DNA of 64,000 bases from Acinetobacter phage EAb13: the sequence record OQ717042.1. One strand, 5' to 3'. Below, in pieces: positions 47,479 to 58,023 of this stretch; position 1 is the first letter of the stretch, and every line of letters starts with the position of its first letter. The notes under the pieces were generated by a model. The model ran no database searches. It was not told the DNA's origin and saw only the letters and a program-made list of their open reading frames with translations. Made by a program: the position numbers and the translations under genes.

Positions 47479-48273
47479 TTAAGTCAATAAGAATACCTTT
47501 GACTTACCATGTTGAACATATAAGTCATAACCAGCATCTTTCTTGGTTAATGCCATTGCTTTCATTTGGTAAGCAATGTTCGCGTAATCGGTAGCACCAA
47601 ACGCTAAGTTAAGACCAGAAGTGATCTGAACTTTAGGCACGATAACCACGATTGGGTTACAGTTTACGTCAGCAGAAACGATTTTTGCTGAGAAGTATTC
47701 TGCACCAGAACAAGAGTTCGGGTTGTTAGTGTTGATCAAAGTTGATTTGATTAATTCATCACCAACAGCAACAGGAGCAACAAGGTCACGGTCTAACGTA
47801 ATAGTGTTAGTCGCAATAGCATCAATTTTGTATGCTAAACCGTTGTTGTCACCAAGTTTGTTGTACAGAATTACCCAGTCGCCAACTGCTAAACCAGTAG
47901 CAGATTGAACACTGATTTCTGAAACACCAACAGCAGCAGGTGCAGAAACAACAGCGCGAGTACGTGCAGCAGTAGGGTCAGCAGTAAAACCAGCTTGGCC
48001 TAAAGCATACATAATGGTACGTGGGTTATATTCATAACCGTTACCAGAAATTGTCCAGTTGTCACCAGTTTTTTGACTGTGAACTGTGTCTTGAGTAACG
48101 CCTTGGTTTAAGTCTTGGAATGTTTTATCGTTAGCAATCGCTAAGTTTTTAAACAAACCAACACTGTGTTCTTCTTCGGTTAAATCTAAAGCAGAACCCA
48201 AAGCACCGATCATTAGTGTTGCTTCGTTTAAAACGAAACCATCACCAAGAGCTGAACCAAAATTTTGTTGCAT
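47479..48273 (-). CDS. major tail (tube) protein, gpV-like position
   Basis: 264 aa; immediately upstream of the chaperone pair and followed by a terminator. Confidence 0.5.
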   Translation of the reverse strand: MQQNFGSALGDGFVLNEATLMIGALGSALDLTEEEHSVGLFKNLAIANDKTFQDLNQGVTQDTVHSQKTGDNWTISGNGYEYNPRTIMYALGQAGFTADPTAARTRAVVSAPAAVGVSEISVQSATGLAVGDWVILYNKLGDNNGLAYKIDAIATNTITLDRDLVAPVAVGDELIKSTLINTNNPNSCSGAEYFSAKIVSADVNCNPIVVIVPKVQITSGLNLAFGATDYANIAYQMKAMALTKKDAGYDLYVQHGKSKVFLLT

Positions 48274-48331
48274 AGCGACCTCAAATTTGTTATGTAACTG
48301 TCTAAGTCTGAGCAGATTATACTTGTATTTT

Positions 48332-48835
48332 TTAGACTGTGCTAGTTTCTATTTGAAGTCGTTGTGGACTTAACATAGTAACAGTAACACTTCTGAAAGT
48401 ACGAGAATCATCTACACGGGGTGAATTGGTGAAGTAACTTGGTGCATACACTAATGTTCCGATAACTTCATTACCAGTTTCAGAGTATATACCAATTCTG
48501 GTATGTTTTTTAGAATCTCTATTGGCAATTTCCAGCATAAGCTGGTTCATGTATAGTTCCTCTAATTTCCCACCATTGATATCGTTGACTACAGCAAATC
48601 CCAAAAGCATATTATGCTTATCGCCATACTCATGACCGTCCACATCCATGGTCCAGTCTGATAAGAAAATTAAATCACCTTCTGGTAATTTTGCAAAGTC
48701 TGCGTAGCTGTCTAAATAAACAACTGTCGGACGTGGAATGTCTGGGCGCTTTGCATGAATACGATCAGCAACATCACCCAGATATTTTAGCAAACTGGCA
48801 AATACCTCTTTGTACTGGTATCCTCGTATTTTCAT
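48332..48835 (-). CDS. head-tail joining/tail terminator-like protein (positional)
   Basis: 167-aa ORF between head genes and major tail gene. Confidence 0.4.
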   Translation of the reverse strand: MKIRGYQYKEVFASLLKYLGDVADRIHAKRPDIPRPTVVYLDSYADFAKLPEGDLIFLSDWTMDVDGHEYGDKHNMLLGFAVVNDINGGKLEELYMNQLMLEIANRDSKKHTRIGIYSETGNEVIGTLVYAPSYFTNSPRVDDSRTFRSVTVTMLSPQRLQIETSTV

Positions 48836-49797
48836 TTTTTCATTCCGCGAATAGTGTTTCTGGCTAATGGGACCATTACGCGCTTGAAAAAGTAGCGCAT
48901 GTATGGCTGAATAAGGTCACGTTGTTTTAGTTTCCCGTCCCGTCGATAGTGAAGTTTATATCCTAAATTCAATCTACGTTCAAACTGACCAGTGGTTTTA
49001 TTGAAATAAACATCTGGATTAGCTATGACCGTTCTAGGGTTCTTGATAATTTGAGTGCCAGAGGTGACCGACTTTAAGTAATCTTCGGGACTGGTACTTA
49101 CTGTACCCTGCAGCATATCAGACACAAATTTTGCATATCCATTGAACACGTTAAATTCCACGGTGCGTCGCATCTGCTTAACGTATTTCTCAGGCACGGC
49201 CCCAGCTTTTTTAGAAGCTTCCGAGTAGTTAATTTTTGGTGCCTTTTCTGCAGCATCGTATATGAAGTCGTAATTTTTACCACGTGTACCCACGTTACGG
49301 CCATAAGCTGGAATAGTTTTTTGTGGTGTAAACAAAGGGTCAGTATTTTTAGCTGAAAAACGACTCGCATAACCTTGGGGATTATTGGCTGCAGCATATC
49401 TTAAAGTGTTGTTTGACATGCGGGCCATACGTTCACTTTGGGTCCTGAACGTTTTAATCATGGCACCTGTGTACAACCAATAATTTCGATTGCCATTCCT
49501 TTTCTTTTTCTGCTTTTCATACTTGGGGGTTAATTTTTCCCAAGGGGTTGCACCCTCTTGAAGTAGAAAGCTTGGAGTATTAGCATGGGAACCCATCACG
49601 CGACGAGCAACAATCCCACCAATTTGAACATCCTTTCCCATAGCTTCAAATACACGTGAAGCAGCTCTGTCCATTTGTTTAACAAAGCTGCCTTGAATAT
49701 TTAAAACACGTCGGTCAAGTGCAGATGAAAATTTACCCTCAATACGAATGAGGGCATTATCTAAACCTGTAATAGTAACTGTCGGTTGATCAGCCAT
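48832..49797 (-). CDS. hypothetical virion morphogenesis protein (321 aa)
   Basis: Basic protein in the head-tail connector block. Confidence 0.4.
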   Translation of the reverse strand: MADQPTVTITGLDNALIRIEGKFSSALDRRVLNIQGSFVKQMDRAASRVFEAMGKDVQIGGIVARRVMGSHANTPSFLLQEGATPWEKLTPKYEKQKKKRNGNRNYWLYTGAMIKTFRTQSERMARMSNNTLRYAAANNPQGYASRFSAKNTDPLFTPQKTIPAYGRNVGTRGKNYDFIYDAAEKAPKINYSEASKKAGAVPEKYVKQMRRTVEFNVFNGYAKFVSDMLQGTVSTSPEDYLKSVTSGTQIIKNPRTVIANPDVYFNKTTGQFERRLNLGYKLHYRRDGKLKQRDLIQPYMRYFFKRVMVPLARNTIRGMKK

Positions 49798-50350
49798 TTG
49801 GTTTTACCGTTTTGTATTCTGCTCTTGCACAGTATAAACCATACTCAAGCTTTACATCACGTATTAAAAAATCACCGACAATATCACCAGCTTGAACTTC
49901 TGCAGTTGTGCGAATGGTTGCATACTGGGTAGGGTTATCATCATAACGAACAGGGGACAGGTCGAACATCATAGAAATATTAATATTATCAATGACTTGG
50001 TAATACATTTCAGTGGTATCTAAACCAGTTACTGGGTGCTTTTTACGCACCTGACGAGTCCATTGTTGATCGTAATGTGTCACTTCAAAAGCCCGATACG
50101 TGAGTGAATCACGTCGAGCTGAAAAGGAACCGACCAAGTAACATGCACCAGCTAGGCCAGTGCTCTTGATTTGCTTACCTTGAATGGCAATGGTTTTCAC
50201 ACTGACTTCCAAAAGACGAACTACGTTATTATTTGAATAACGAATGTCCTCTGGTGGTTCGGCAAGCAACCCCAAAAAGGCAATTTTCTGATTATCAACT
50301 AATCGGAACTTTTCCTTATGGGGGTTTTTATTCGTAAGGGAAATTGCCAT
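49790..50350 (-). CDS. hypothetical head-tail connector protein (186 aa)
   Basis: Position; overlapping start/stop with neighbours. Confidence 0.4.
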   Translation of the reverse strand: MAISLTNKNPHKEKFRLVDNQKIAFLGLLAEPPEDIRYSNNNVVRLLEVSVKTIAIQGKQIKSTGLAGACYLVGSFSARRDSLTYRAFEVTHYDQQWTRQVRKKHPVTGLDTTEMYYQVIDNINISMMFDLSPVRYDDNPTQYATIRTTAEVQAGDIVGDFLIRDVKLEYGLYCARAEYKTVKPNG

Positions 50351-51057
50351 TATGCATTAATACTCCACTGACGGACGTTCACAAATTCAAAGATGGAAAC
50401 AGTCACAGCATCTGGAATAACAAGGAAATCAGCTAAGTCATCTTTCAGTCTTGCTAAAGTATCTTGTAAATTGTTCAAGAAATCTTGGAAATATTTTGGG
50501 TCCATTAAGCGCTGAACTTGACCGTTTTCTGTTTTACGGCTCTTATCCAGACGGATTAGCATGGATGGTCCCAAAGAAATTGCAGCAATAATGGCAATTA
50601 AATCACCAAAACGCTTAGTTAAAAATGGGTCATTTTGACGTAACGTATGGAAGTTATTAATCATCCAACGATAAACTTCAACATAGTGAGATTCAATGTT
50701 GATTGTTTCATCTGAAAGTTCGTCTGGGGTAACACCAAGCAGGGTGCGTACAGCTTCCGCATCGGTTGGGATATCTAAACTATCAACTACACCAAACATT
50801 TCACGGTAGGTGAACATACCAAGTTCAGTTGGAGCTGACAATTGAACACCAATTAAATGAAGCTCACCTGCAGCAACATTTGGTGTAAGGATATCAAAAG
50901 TAATATCAGTTGATTCTGATACTTGAACTTCTGAATTGACAGTAACACCTGACTGGCGAACGCTAAGTTTAGCGTCGCCAGTTGGTAATGTATATTCAGC
51001 ACCGACAATCACAGGCACTGTAATTGGATGCTGTTCATTCGGTGCTAAAAACTTCAT
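50350..51057 (-). CDS. hypothetical head completion protein (235 aa)
   Basis: Position after the major capsid gene. Confidence 0.4.
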   Translation of the reverse strand: MKFLAPNEQHPITVPVIVGAEYTLPTGDAKLSVRQSGVTVNSEVQVSESTDITFDILTPNVAAGELHLIGVQLSAPTELGMFTYREMFGVVDSLDIPTDAEAVRTLLGVTPDELSDETINIESHYVEVYRWMINNFHTLRQNDPFLTKRFGDLIAIIAAISLGPSMLIRLDKSRKTENGQVQRLMDPKYFQDFLNNLQDTLARLKDDLADFLVIPDAVTVSIFEFVNVRQWSINA

Positions 51058-51062
51058 TTACA

Positions 51063-51503
51063 TTACTCAGCAGGTTTATTTTCAGCGGCAGCAGCAGCTT
51101 CTTTAGCAGCAAGTGCACGTTTTTGAGCAGCAGTTAAAGGTTTTTCTGTACCTTCACCTTCGCCTTCTTTTTCTTCATTCGCTTCTAATTCAGAAGCGTA
51201 TGCTTCCATGGCAAAACGATATGTATTAGCTACATAATCTTCGTATGATTCTTCCTCTGGATTCCATGGAGTGCTTGTTGCTTTCTCTGTATAGATAGCA
51301 CGTAAGTCCTCTTGGTTAGCAGAGTCTGGTAGTTTAATCGGAGCACCTTTATCATTTACTAAAGGTGTTAATTTTTCTCGCGCCACTAAGTTGTTGACGA
51401 AAGAATCATTTTCACTGACAAGAACATAATCGCGGCCACCTGTTAGAGCAAAGCCACCTAAAGAATAAGTCAGTCCAAGGACTGGGGTTAATAAACGTTT
51501 CAT
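51063..51503 (-). CDS. hypothetical head protein with E-rich C-terminus (146 aa)
   Basis: Position directly downstream of the major capsid terminator. Confidence 0.4.
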   Translation of the reverse strand: MKRLLTPVLGLTYSLGGFALTGGRDYVLVSENDSFVNNLVAREKLTPLVNDKGAPIKLPDSANQEDLRAIYTEKATSTPWNPEEESYEDYVANTYRFAMEAYASELEANEEKEGEGEGTEKPLTAAQKRALAAKEAAAAAENKPAE

Positions 51504-51540
51504 ACGTTATCCTCTGTTAATTTCCTGAATTATAGCAAAT

Positions 51541-51570
51541 AAAAACCCTCTTAAAAGAGGGTTTTTATTT
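51541..51570. terminator. rho-independent terminator after major capsid gene (palindromic, flanked by A-run and T-run)
   Basis: AAAAACCCTCTT-aaa-AGAGGGTTTTTATTTT. Confidence 0.7.
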
Positions 51571-51590
51571 TATTCATCACTATTGATGAA

Positions 51591-52793
51591 TTAGGTCCAT
51601 TTCAACAGTGTACGAGTATCACCGTAAGCTAAAGTGAAACCAGAGATAATTGTATTTGTATACAAGATCGTTTGGTTACCAATGTTACGTTCAGTTTCAG
51701 CAAGCTGAGAGTTTGCTTTGATTAAACGTTCGATTGTTTCAGCTTTACGGAAACCGATTAACTTGTTGCCTTGCAATTGTGATGTAACCACAAGAGTAAG
51801 GTTGAAGTTCACACCGTTTGCTACTTTAACTGCTAAGTTAGCAATTTGAGTACCAGTGCCAGTTACACCACCAACACCTACCGCTGGGGTATTGTTCGCG
51901 TTAGTAACAGGGAACATCAATTGAAGTTCCATTAAAGTGTCCCAGCCAACAAGCAAGGTATCAAACTGTAAACCTTTACGGCTTTGTTCGATAATCCACT
52001 TTAAGAAACCTTCCGCACGGTTACGCAAAGGAGTACCAGCCTTGTTATCAAGGGTATCAAGGTTTACTTCTTTAATCGCACCATTGATTGAGTTCGGGTC
52101 GTTCGATTCACCGTTGATCAGAACAGAAACCGCTAAAGCGTGTTCGTCTTGGCTACGTTCAAACTCGATACGTGCAGCGTAAGGAACTAAAACGTCAGGA
52201 GTTACAGTTGATGCAAACTCGTAAGACATTTCAATCGCGTGACCAGTCTTGAAGAAATTAACAGCAGTTTGACTTGCTTTTAATTCACGACGTGGAATGT
52301 TCGCGCCTTCTGCGATACGGTGAGTTTTGAACGAATCGTTAGTGTTACGGTCCCAAGAAATTTCTTTCTGTAGAACGTTGTTTTTAACGATACGAGTACC
52401 GAAGATTAAATCTTCAACACGCTCAATGATCGGTGCACGTTCAACCGCACGAAGCAAGTTGTTGATCAATGCAGGTAACAATACACGCATACCTTCATTT
52501 GTCATGAAAGTACCAGTTGCTGCAGCAAAACATGCCATTGCAACTTCGTTACCTTGGTGGTTTACAGGAATGTTCATAGCTTGGAAAGTAGCTTCCAAAC
52601 CGTTAAGCCCGTTTGAACCTTCAACGTACATTGCTAAAGCCGCTTCTACTGTACAGCCTAAAAGAGCTGCATCTTGAAGCAAGTTAGATGCTTGTTGGCG
52701 TTGGGCAGTTACGTCGCCTTGAGTTAAAGCAGCTACAAGTTCAGTAGGCTTTAACTTAGGACCAGTATTTTTCAATAATTGAAGTGCGCTCAT
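51591..52793 (-). CDS. major capsid protein (HK97-fold inferred from position and size)
   Basis: 400 aa; located after portal, protease/scaffold and decoration-like genes; followed by a strong terminator. Confidence 0.6.
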   Translation of the reverse strand: MSALQLLKNTGPKLKPTELVAALTQGDVTAQRQQASNLLQDAALLGCTVEAALAMYVEGSNGLNGLEATFQAMNIPVNHQGNEVAMACFAAATGTFMTNEGMRVLLPALINNLLRAVERAPIIERVEDLIFGTRIVKNNVLQKEISWDRNTNDSFKTHRIAEGANIPRRELKASQTAVNFFKTGHAIEMSYEFASTVTPDVLVPYAARIEFERSQDEHALAVSVLINGESNDPNSINGAIKEVNLDTLDNKAGTPLRNRAEGFLKWIIEQSRKGLQFDTLLVGWDTLMELQLMFPVTNANNTPAVGVGGVTGTGTQIANLAVKVANGVNFNLTLVVTSQLQGNKLIGFRKAETIERLIKANSQLAETERNIGNQTILYTNTIISGFTLAYGDTRTLLKWT

Positions 52794-52808
52794 CTTTATC
52801 CAACCAAA

Positions 52809-53231
52809 TTAAAGTTTAAGTACGCCTACAGAACCATCAGCGATAGCGCCCAATTCTGTAACTACGAAACGGAAGTCTGCAGCAGTAGCTGGTGCAGTGC
52901 CTTTTTTAACAAGACCATCACCCGCGCCAACAACGGTATCACCGATAGCAAATGGTGCATTAACAGCACACGCTAAACGATAACCACCCATGATAGTAAC
53001 CTGTGCAACACCACGGTCATTCGGGTTAGTTGGGATTTCTACTACAGTGATCTGACCAAATACTGGGTCATCATCACCAGCCAATTTTACTACTGCTTCT
53101 GTACCACCAGTAACCAGCGTACAAGCGCGGCCTACATGTTCTGCTTTAATGCTAGAATCAATGTAAAAAGTGTGGCGTGATTCCTGTACAGGAATCGTAG
53201 AAGTGCTTGGTTTAAAACCTGCCATTTTCAT
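52809..53231 (-). CDS. head decoration protein, gpD-like position
   Basis: 140 aa Gly/Val-rich protein between scaffold and capsid genes, as in the lambda order B-C/Nu3-D-E. Confidence 0.35.
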   Translation of the reverse strand: MKMAGFKPSTSTIPVQESRHTFYIDSSIKAEHVGRACTLVTGGTEAVVKLAGDDDPVFGQITVVEIPTNPNDRGVAQVTIMGGYRLACAVNAPFAIGDTVVGAGDGLVKKGTAPATAADFRFVVTELGAIADGSVGVLKL

Positions 53232-53253
53232 CTACTCCGAAAAAATGTTTTTA

Positions 53254-54426
53254 TTAACGTTTAGGTGCAGAGTAGAACTCATTGCCTAAAACTGGTTGAG
53301 AGAAATTAGCATTGCCTTCACCACCAGCACCGCCTGCGCCTTCTGAGCTACCTTCTGGTTTTCCACCAGCTTCGTAGATCGCAAGTTTTGCATTCGCTGC
53401 AGTAAGGTCAGCTTCCGCTTTTTCCTTAGCTGTAGTTTCAGCAGCAAGTTCAGCTTCTTTAGCAGCTAAGTCAGCTTCTGCTTTTTGTTTATCTGCTTCT
53501 GCTTGAGCTTTTGCTTGTTCAGCGGCAGTGACTTTACCAGTTTCAGCAGTAAGTTGAGCTGTCAATAAATCAACTTTAGCTTCTGCTTTCACTAGGTTGT
53601 CATACTTTTCTTGAGAAAGAGTAATATCCATCTTGGCACCTGTGTTTGGAATCTTCGGTGTGCCGCTGTCGTTTTTAGGTTTTTGATCGTCTAAAAAGAG
53701 CGCACCCTCTGTTGTTGACAGAAGTATATCAGCGGAAAAATCCCCTGACAAATTAATTTCATTAGTTTCTGCAGCTAACAGCGCATTTTCAGCTTTAATA
53801 GCCTGAGCATTAGGGGCAGCACCACGTGGGACTACACTAATTTCACGCCACTGCTTCACACCATCAAGGCGTAAATGGTTGCCGTTCATTCCCCATTGAT
53901 GACCATTATCACAAAGAGGGGTGTAATCTTTACCTGCCCATAATTTACGACGGTTATCTGCAGATGCCATAAAGTCAAAATCACAAGCTGAACATTTCAC
54001 CGAACTTGGTGTAGTACCAGTTGAAACTTCGTTGATAATACCTGAGTCAATTTTTGCCGCATGTGGATGATCAGCTTGAAGGTATACAAGTACACGAAGT
54101 TCTTTCTCATTGAAATTAGCTTCATTGTCGTAAACCTTGGCATCCAAAGTACGACCAATTGGCAAGCGTGAATGGGTATCATGTAATTCAATCAGAGGTA
54201 CATAATTACCAGCGTTAATGTGCTCAGCCATTTGGGTTAAATATGTGCTGGTCATACGTGCATTTGCTAAACTACCCCCTGCGCGAGTGATCGGCAGGGT
54301 ATCGTTGGCACGTAATTCAAACACAGCAAATTGACTCAAATCTGTTTTTTCGCCTACCTGTGCCTGCAAAAGTTTTTTGGCACGTGGGGCTTTTTCAAGA
54401 TCAATTCTATACATGGTTTGTCTCAC
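53254..54426 (-). CDS. prohead protease/scaffolding protein (lambda C/Nu3-like arrangement)
   Basis: N-terminal globular domain followed by long Ala/Glu/Lys coiled-coil (AEADKQKAEADLAAKEAELAAE) and Gly-rich tail. Confidence 0.45.
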   Translation of the reverse strand: MRQTMYRIDLEKAPRAKKLLQAQVGEKTDLSQFAVFELRANDTLPITRAGGSLANARMTSTYLTQMAEHINAGNYVPLIELHDTHSRLPIGRTLDAKVYDNEANFNEKELRVLVYLQADHPHAAKIDSGIINEVSTGTTPSSVKCSACDFDFMASADNRRKLWAGKDYTPLCDNGHQWGMNGNHLRLDGVKQWREISVVPRGAAPNAQAIKAENALLAAETNEINLSGDFSADILLSTTEGALFLDDQKPKNDSGTPKIPNTGAKMDITLSQEKYDNLVKAEAKVDLLTAQLTAETGKVTAAEQAKAQAEADKQKAEADLAAKEAELAAETTAKEKAEADLTAANAKLAIYEAGGKPEGSSEGAGGAGGEGNANFSQPVLGNEFYSAPKR

Positions 54427-55934
54427 TACTTGACAGCATTGCTTTTCGCACTAGCGTCAGACTTTCGGGTTTGTGCTCGTTGACGAGAATCAGGTTGATC
54501 TTTCTGCGGTGTATTTGTCTTTGCGTTTTGCGCTTGACTCGTCGCATCATTTCCATTACCTGCCGCTTGCTGAGCTTCTAAAAATCCTGTACCTGATAAT
54601 GTAGGTGCATTAGGTGGTTTTGGTCGATTATACATAGCTAAATGGTACTCATCATCTGAAATAATTCCAAGTGATAAGTCTTTTTGCAATCGAGCCTGTT
54701 TTTGTACCCACGCTGGTTCAAGTTCATTTGGTGGGCGCATTTCTGGCTTGTCAAAATAAACTTCAACATAACTTTGTGAACCACTCACGCGCATAGCGAA
54801 AGTCAAAAATTGACTCCATACTTCTGCTAATGGTTCATTCAGTTCTGCAGCTTGCATACTGAAAACTTGTGCTTCAACAGATGCAGTATTCACACCAGAA
54901 GCGCCACGGCCTAAAACTGTTGCTACAGATTTTAAAGCAGCTTGGTTTTGACCATTTAGAACATCAATGACAGGTTGAATGTCAATTGCTGAACCTGCGC
55001 CACCGCCACCACTTACATCTAAAGTGCTTACTTCGAGAGAGTCAGTGTGAACAATCGGTTGGGTAGGGCGAATCGTACCAAACTTACGAGTTACGTCATT
55101 CAAAACACTATTTACGAAAGTGAGTCGTTTCTTATCGTCACGACGGTCAACTTCACTCATGTTTCTGACAATAACGTCTTCAAGTAATTTAATGGTCATC
55201 CGTGGATAGCCATTAATTTGCATAATGTCATAAAGGTCGCCAATAATTTGGAGACGGGCATAGACAGTATTAATAACCGAAATAAAGTTACTCTTACTGT
55301 AAAGTTTGCTTGGGTCCTGACGATGGGCAGCGTAGTACACAGTTGGAAGGTTTAGATCAATTGAATCATTACCTTTTTTCTGTACTGGTGTAGGTCGGCC
55401 AACTTTCTTTTCGTACCACTCAAAACTGTTGGTATCAATAAGACGTGCATCTTGTAGGCCAAACTTCTGGTCCATAATCATTTCAAGCGCAATAGAACCA
55501 CGCTTTAAAACCATGAAACGTAATTGCTCATTTCGGGTTTTCATGCTTCGCGGCATAGAAAAACCTTGTGAATAATCAGTAACATAGGTTAATTGTGAAA
55601 TGATTTGGGCTACTTGTGCCATACCTTGAGAATCAATTTGATTATCAATGGTTTTCACCACATAACGCATTTCTGTATTACTAAGAGTCAGGTAGGCAGC
55701 GACTGCAGCACTTACGTCTGGGTCATAAGTCATTAATTTTTCAATTAAATCATCGTCTGCATCTGTGGTCCGTTCATTCAGAAGGTCACGCAAATGGTTG
55801 TCAGTATCGGGTGCACCTACCGCTTGGGTAGATTGCTGGGGGTCGAAGTTCGGGGTGAGCGAAGCTCCCCCGTTCTTAAACCCCTTGGGTAAGATTACTT
55901 CACCGATCTTACCTAAAATATCGAAGCCTGCCAT
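54426..55934 (-). CDS. portal protein (lambda gpB-like position)
   Basis: 502 aa directly downstream of terminase with ATGA-type overlap. Confidence 0.65.
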   Translation of the reverse strand: MAGFDILGKIGEVILPKGFKNGGASLTPNFDPQQSTQAVGAPDTDNHLRDLLNERTTDADDDLIEKLMTYDPDVSAAVAAYLTLSNTEMRYVVKTIDNQIDSQGMAQVAQIISQLTYVTDYSQGFSMPRSMKTRNEQLRFMVLKRGSIALEMIMDQKFGLQDARLIDTNSFEWYEKKVGRPTPVQKKGNDSIDLNLPTVYYAAHRQDPSKLYSKSNFISVINTVYARLQIIGDLYDIMQINGYPRMTIKLLEDVIVRNMSEVDRRDDKKRLTFVNSVLNDVTRKFGTIRPTQPIVHTDSLEVSTLDVSGGGGAGSAIDIQPVIDVLNGQNQAALKSVATVLGRGASGVNTASVEAQVFSMQAAELNEPLAEVWSQFLTFAMRVSGSQSYVEVYFDKPEMRPPNELEPAWVQKQARLQKDLSLGIISDDEYHLAMYNRPKPPNAPTLSGTGFLEAQQAAGNGNDATSQAQNAKTNTPQKDQPDSRQRAQTRKSDASAKSNAVK

Positions 55935-57694
55935 TAACGACTACCTAGAAAGCTAAAGGAATTGTTGGGTACTAATAAGTTTGTGTCCATGGTTCCCAAC
56001 AAAATCACTGAGTTGGTTGAACCATTAGAAGTGTCATATGCATAACCCTGATAATACTGTAAAACTGCTTGGTAATTATAGGCGCAAGAGTGGAAATAGT
56101 GATCATTTTTATCAATCTTTTTCCAGATAGGTAATTTTTCCATACCTTCCTTGCTTTCCACCATGACACGGACCATACCACGAAGATGCTTAATAATCGT
56201 CTCTTTCTGGGTCCCGAAACCACCGAAAGTCATGTAGCCTGCACGAAGTGCGTCAGCAAAACAGTCCAGATGGTAAGTACGGTTTACAGCCAAGTAACTC
56301 AATATTCCGTACTCATCATTTTTAGCAACAATTGGTGCACCCTTTTGTTGTTCGTACTGGATTGGCATAATTTGTTTAGCAGACCAGTCGCGGACTTTTT
56401 CAGCATCAGAAATTAAAGGTAGTCGGTCAATGTGGCCCCCGACAATGTTAAATTTTTCAAATAAAAATTTAACCTTGCTCAACAGCAAATCTTTTTTGAC
56501 CGTTTCAAAGGTCACATATTCAACACGGTTTACTGCAGTGGCTTTGCTGACTGTAATGTGACAGACAGCACCCATGTCGATGCCAATAAAATGTGGTACT
56601 TCGTTGGTTGGGTTCTCATAATCAATTTCACGCTTATGATTCATGAACAATGTACGAAGTAACGAGTCAGAAATACGTTCATCCGACGTTTCATGCGTCA
56701 AGCCCAGTACCGTGTTCTTGAAACCTTTCATGTTGTCTAAAGAAACATACTTAATCAAACTTTCCAAGATGTATTGAGCATCAAGGCTACGGGTTGAAAA
56801 AGGGCTAATGCGATAGCCACGAATCTGACGATGTGGATGCGCTGGCACCCAACTATGGTTTTCTTTATCACCATAGGTAACTTTCTTACCGCACTTCACA
56901 CAAATTGAATATGCTTCTGAAAAATTGATACGGTACTTATCAATCCATACTGGGTCGAAGTTCGACAAATCATCATCAGCTTCCATTGGTAAATTTGGAA
57001 TGCGAATATATTTGGTTGTGAACTCAGGCATCTGGTAATGCGTACAGTGTGGGCACTTAAATAAATATTCGTGCTGGTCCGATGTTTCAAATAATGCTGA
57101 AATCCCCATACCTTCATAGGTCGGGGTTGAATAGTTGTGGTTGATCTTTAAATCAGAACCCTGTAAACGCGAGTTGAACAAGGCAATAATCTGTGGGTCC
57201 GATAAATCAATCTCATCGTTGAACACTACGTCGGCTGGCTGTGATGTTGCAGCTTTTTCATTGGCTGGGAACATCAACATTTGTGAAGTACCAACTTCGG
57301 TCACCTCAATCGAACGAATTGGTTTTTTACCTTCGGCATTTAAGCCATGGAAAATCTCATCGTTGGTCAAAATGGGCAATACACGGTTTTGGTACACACG
57401 TTTACGCATGTCCTTATCAGGCATGGTGTAAATTAAGTTGCGATAGGGGTTACGTGTGACAAATGCCAATGCTTTTCGTAGCTGCACTTCGGTCAAACCA
57501 ATTTGGGATGGTTTGATAACGTGCATTTCACGGGCCATATCATTCAAGATGGCTTCCTGAAAAGGGTATCGGTCACAGGTAAATGGAATACCTTGCAATG
57601 TGGTATTCTTATTTACCCATTCCATGTACGTCATTGGGTTGATCATTTCACCCAAAAACGATGCCATGCGGGTTTTATACGTGCCTTTGCTCAT
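55934..57694 (-). CDS. terminase large subunit, GpA-like
   Basis: 586 aa with internal zinc-ribbon CPHCTHYQ ... CVKCGKK typical of lambda gpA-family terminases; first gene of the minus-strand morphogenesis operon. Confidence 0.75.
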   Translation of the reverse strand: MSKGTYKTRMASFLGEMINPMTYMEWVNKNTTLQGIPFTCDRYPFQEAILNDMAREMHVIKPSQIGLTEVQLRKALAFVTRNPYRNLIYTMPDKDMRKRVYQNRVLPILTNDEIFHGLNAEGKKPIRSIEVTEVGTSQMLMFPANEKAATSQPADVVFNDEIDLSDPQIIALFNSRLQGSDLKINHNYSTPTYEGMGISALFETSDQHEYLFKCPHCTHYQMPEFTTKYIRIPNLPMEADDDLSNFDPVWIDKYRINFSEAYSICVKCGKKVTYGDKENHSWVPAHPHRQIRGYRISPFSTRSLDAQYILESLIKYVSLDNMKGFKNTVLGLTHETSDERISDSLLRTLFMNHKREIDYENPTNEVPHFIGIDMGAVCHITVSKATAVNRVEYVTFETVKKDLLLSKVKFLFEKFNIVGGHIDRLPLISDAEKVRDWSAKQIMPIQYEQQKGAPIVAKNDEYGILSYLAVNRTYHLDCFADALRAGYMTFGGFGTQKETIIKHLRGMVRVMVESKEGMEKLPIWKKIDKNDHYFHSCAYNYQAVLQYYQGYAYDTSNGSTNSVILLGTMDTNLLVPNNSFSFLGSR

Positions 57695-58023
57695 TATTTG
57701 TCCAAAATTGGGGTTTTCACTGCTAATTAGTGTATCTCAAACCTCAAATAATCGAAAATTTTTGTTGTTTACAAAAAGGTGAAAATGGACTTTTAAAACA
57801 GTTACATACGCACGTTAATCGGTTTTTTAAATACATATGTGTAAGTATTTGATTAAAAATAAGAAAAAACAGCAAATTTTTTAATAAATTTTTCTAATAA
57901 TCTATATAATCGTTTCTACTGTTATTTCATGTATTGAGATTCACCCCCAACCCAAGCAATATACCTTCAACAAATGCACTTTTACTCTTAATTGGGTAAA
58001 AGTTTTCTTTTTCGGGAAAAATT
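57695..58023. promoter_or_regulatory. divergent AT-rich intergenic region; candidate promoters and possible packaging (cos) site
   Basis: 329 bp, ~25% GC, between divergent operons; sigma70-like TTGAGA-17-CAATAT at 57934-57962 facing gene 58024. Confidence 0.3.
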
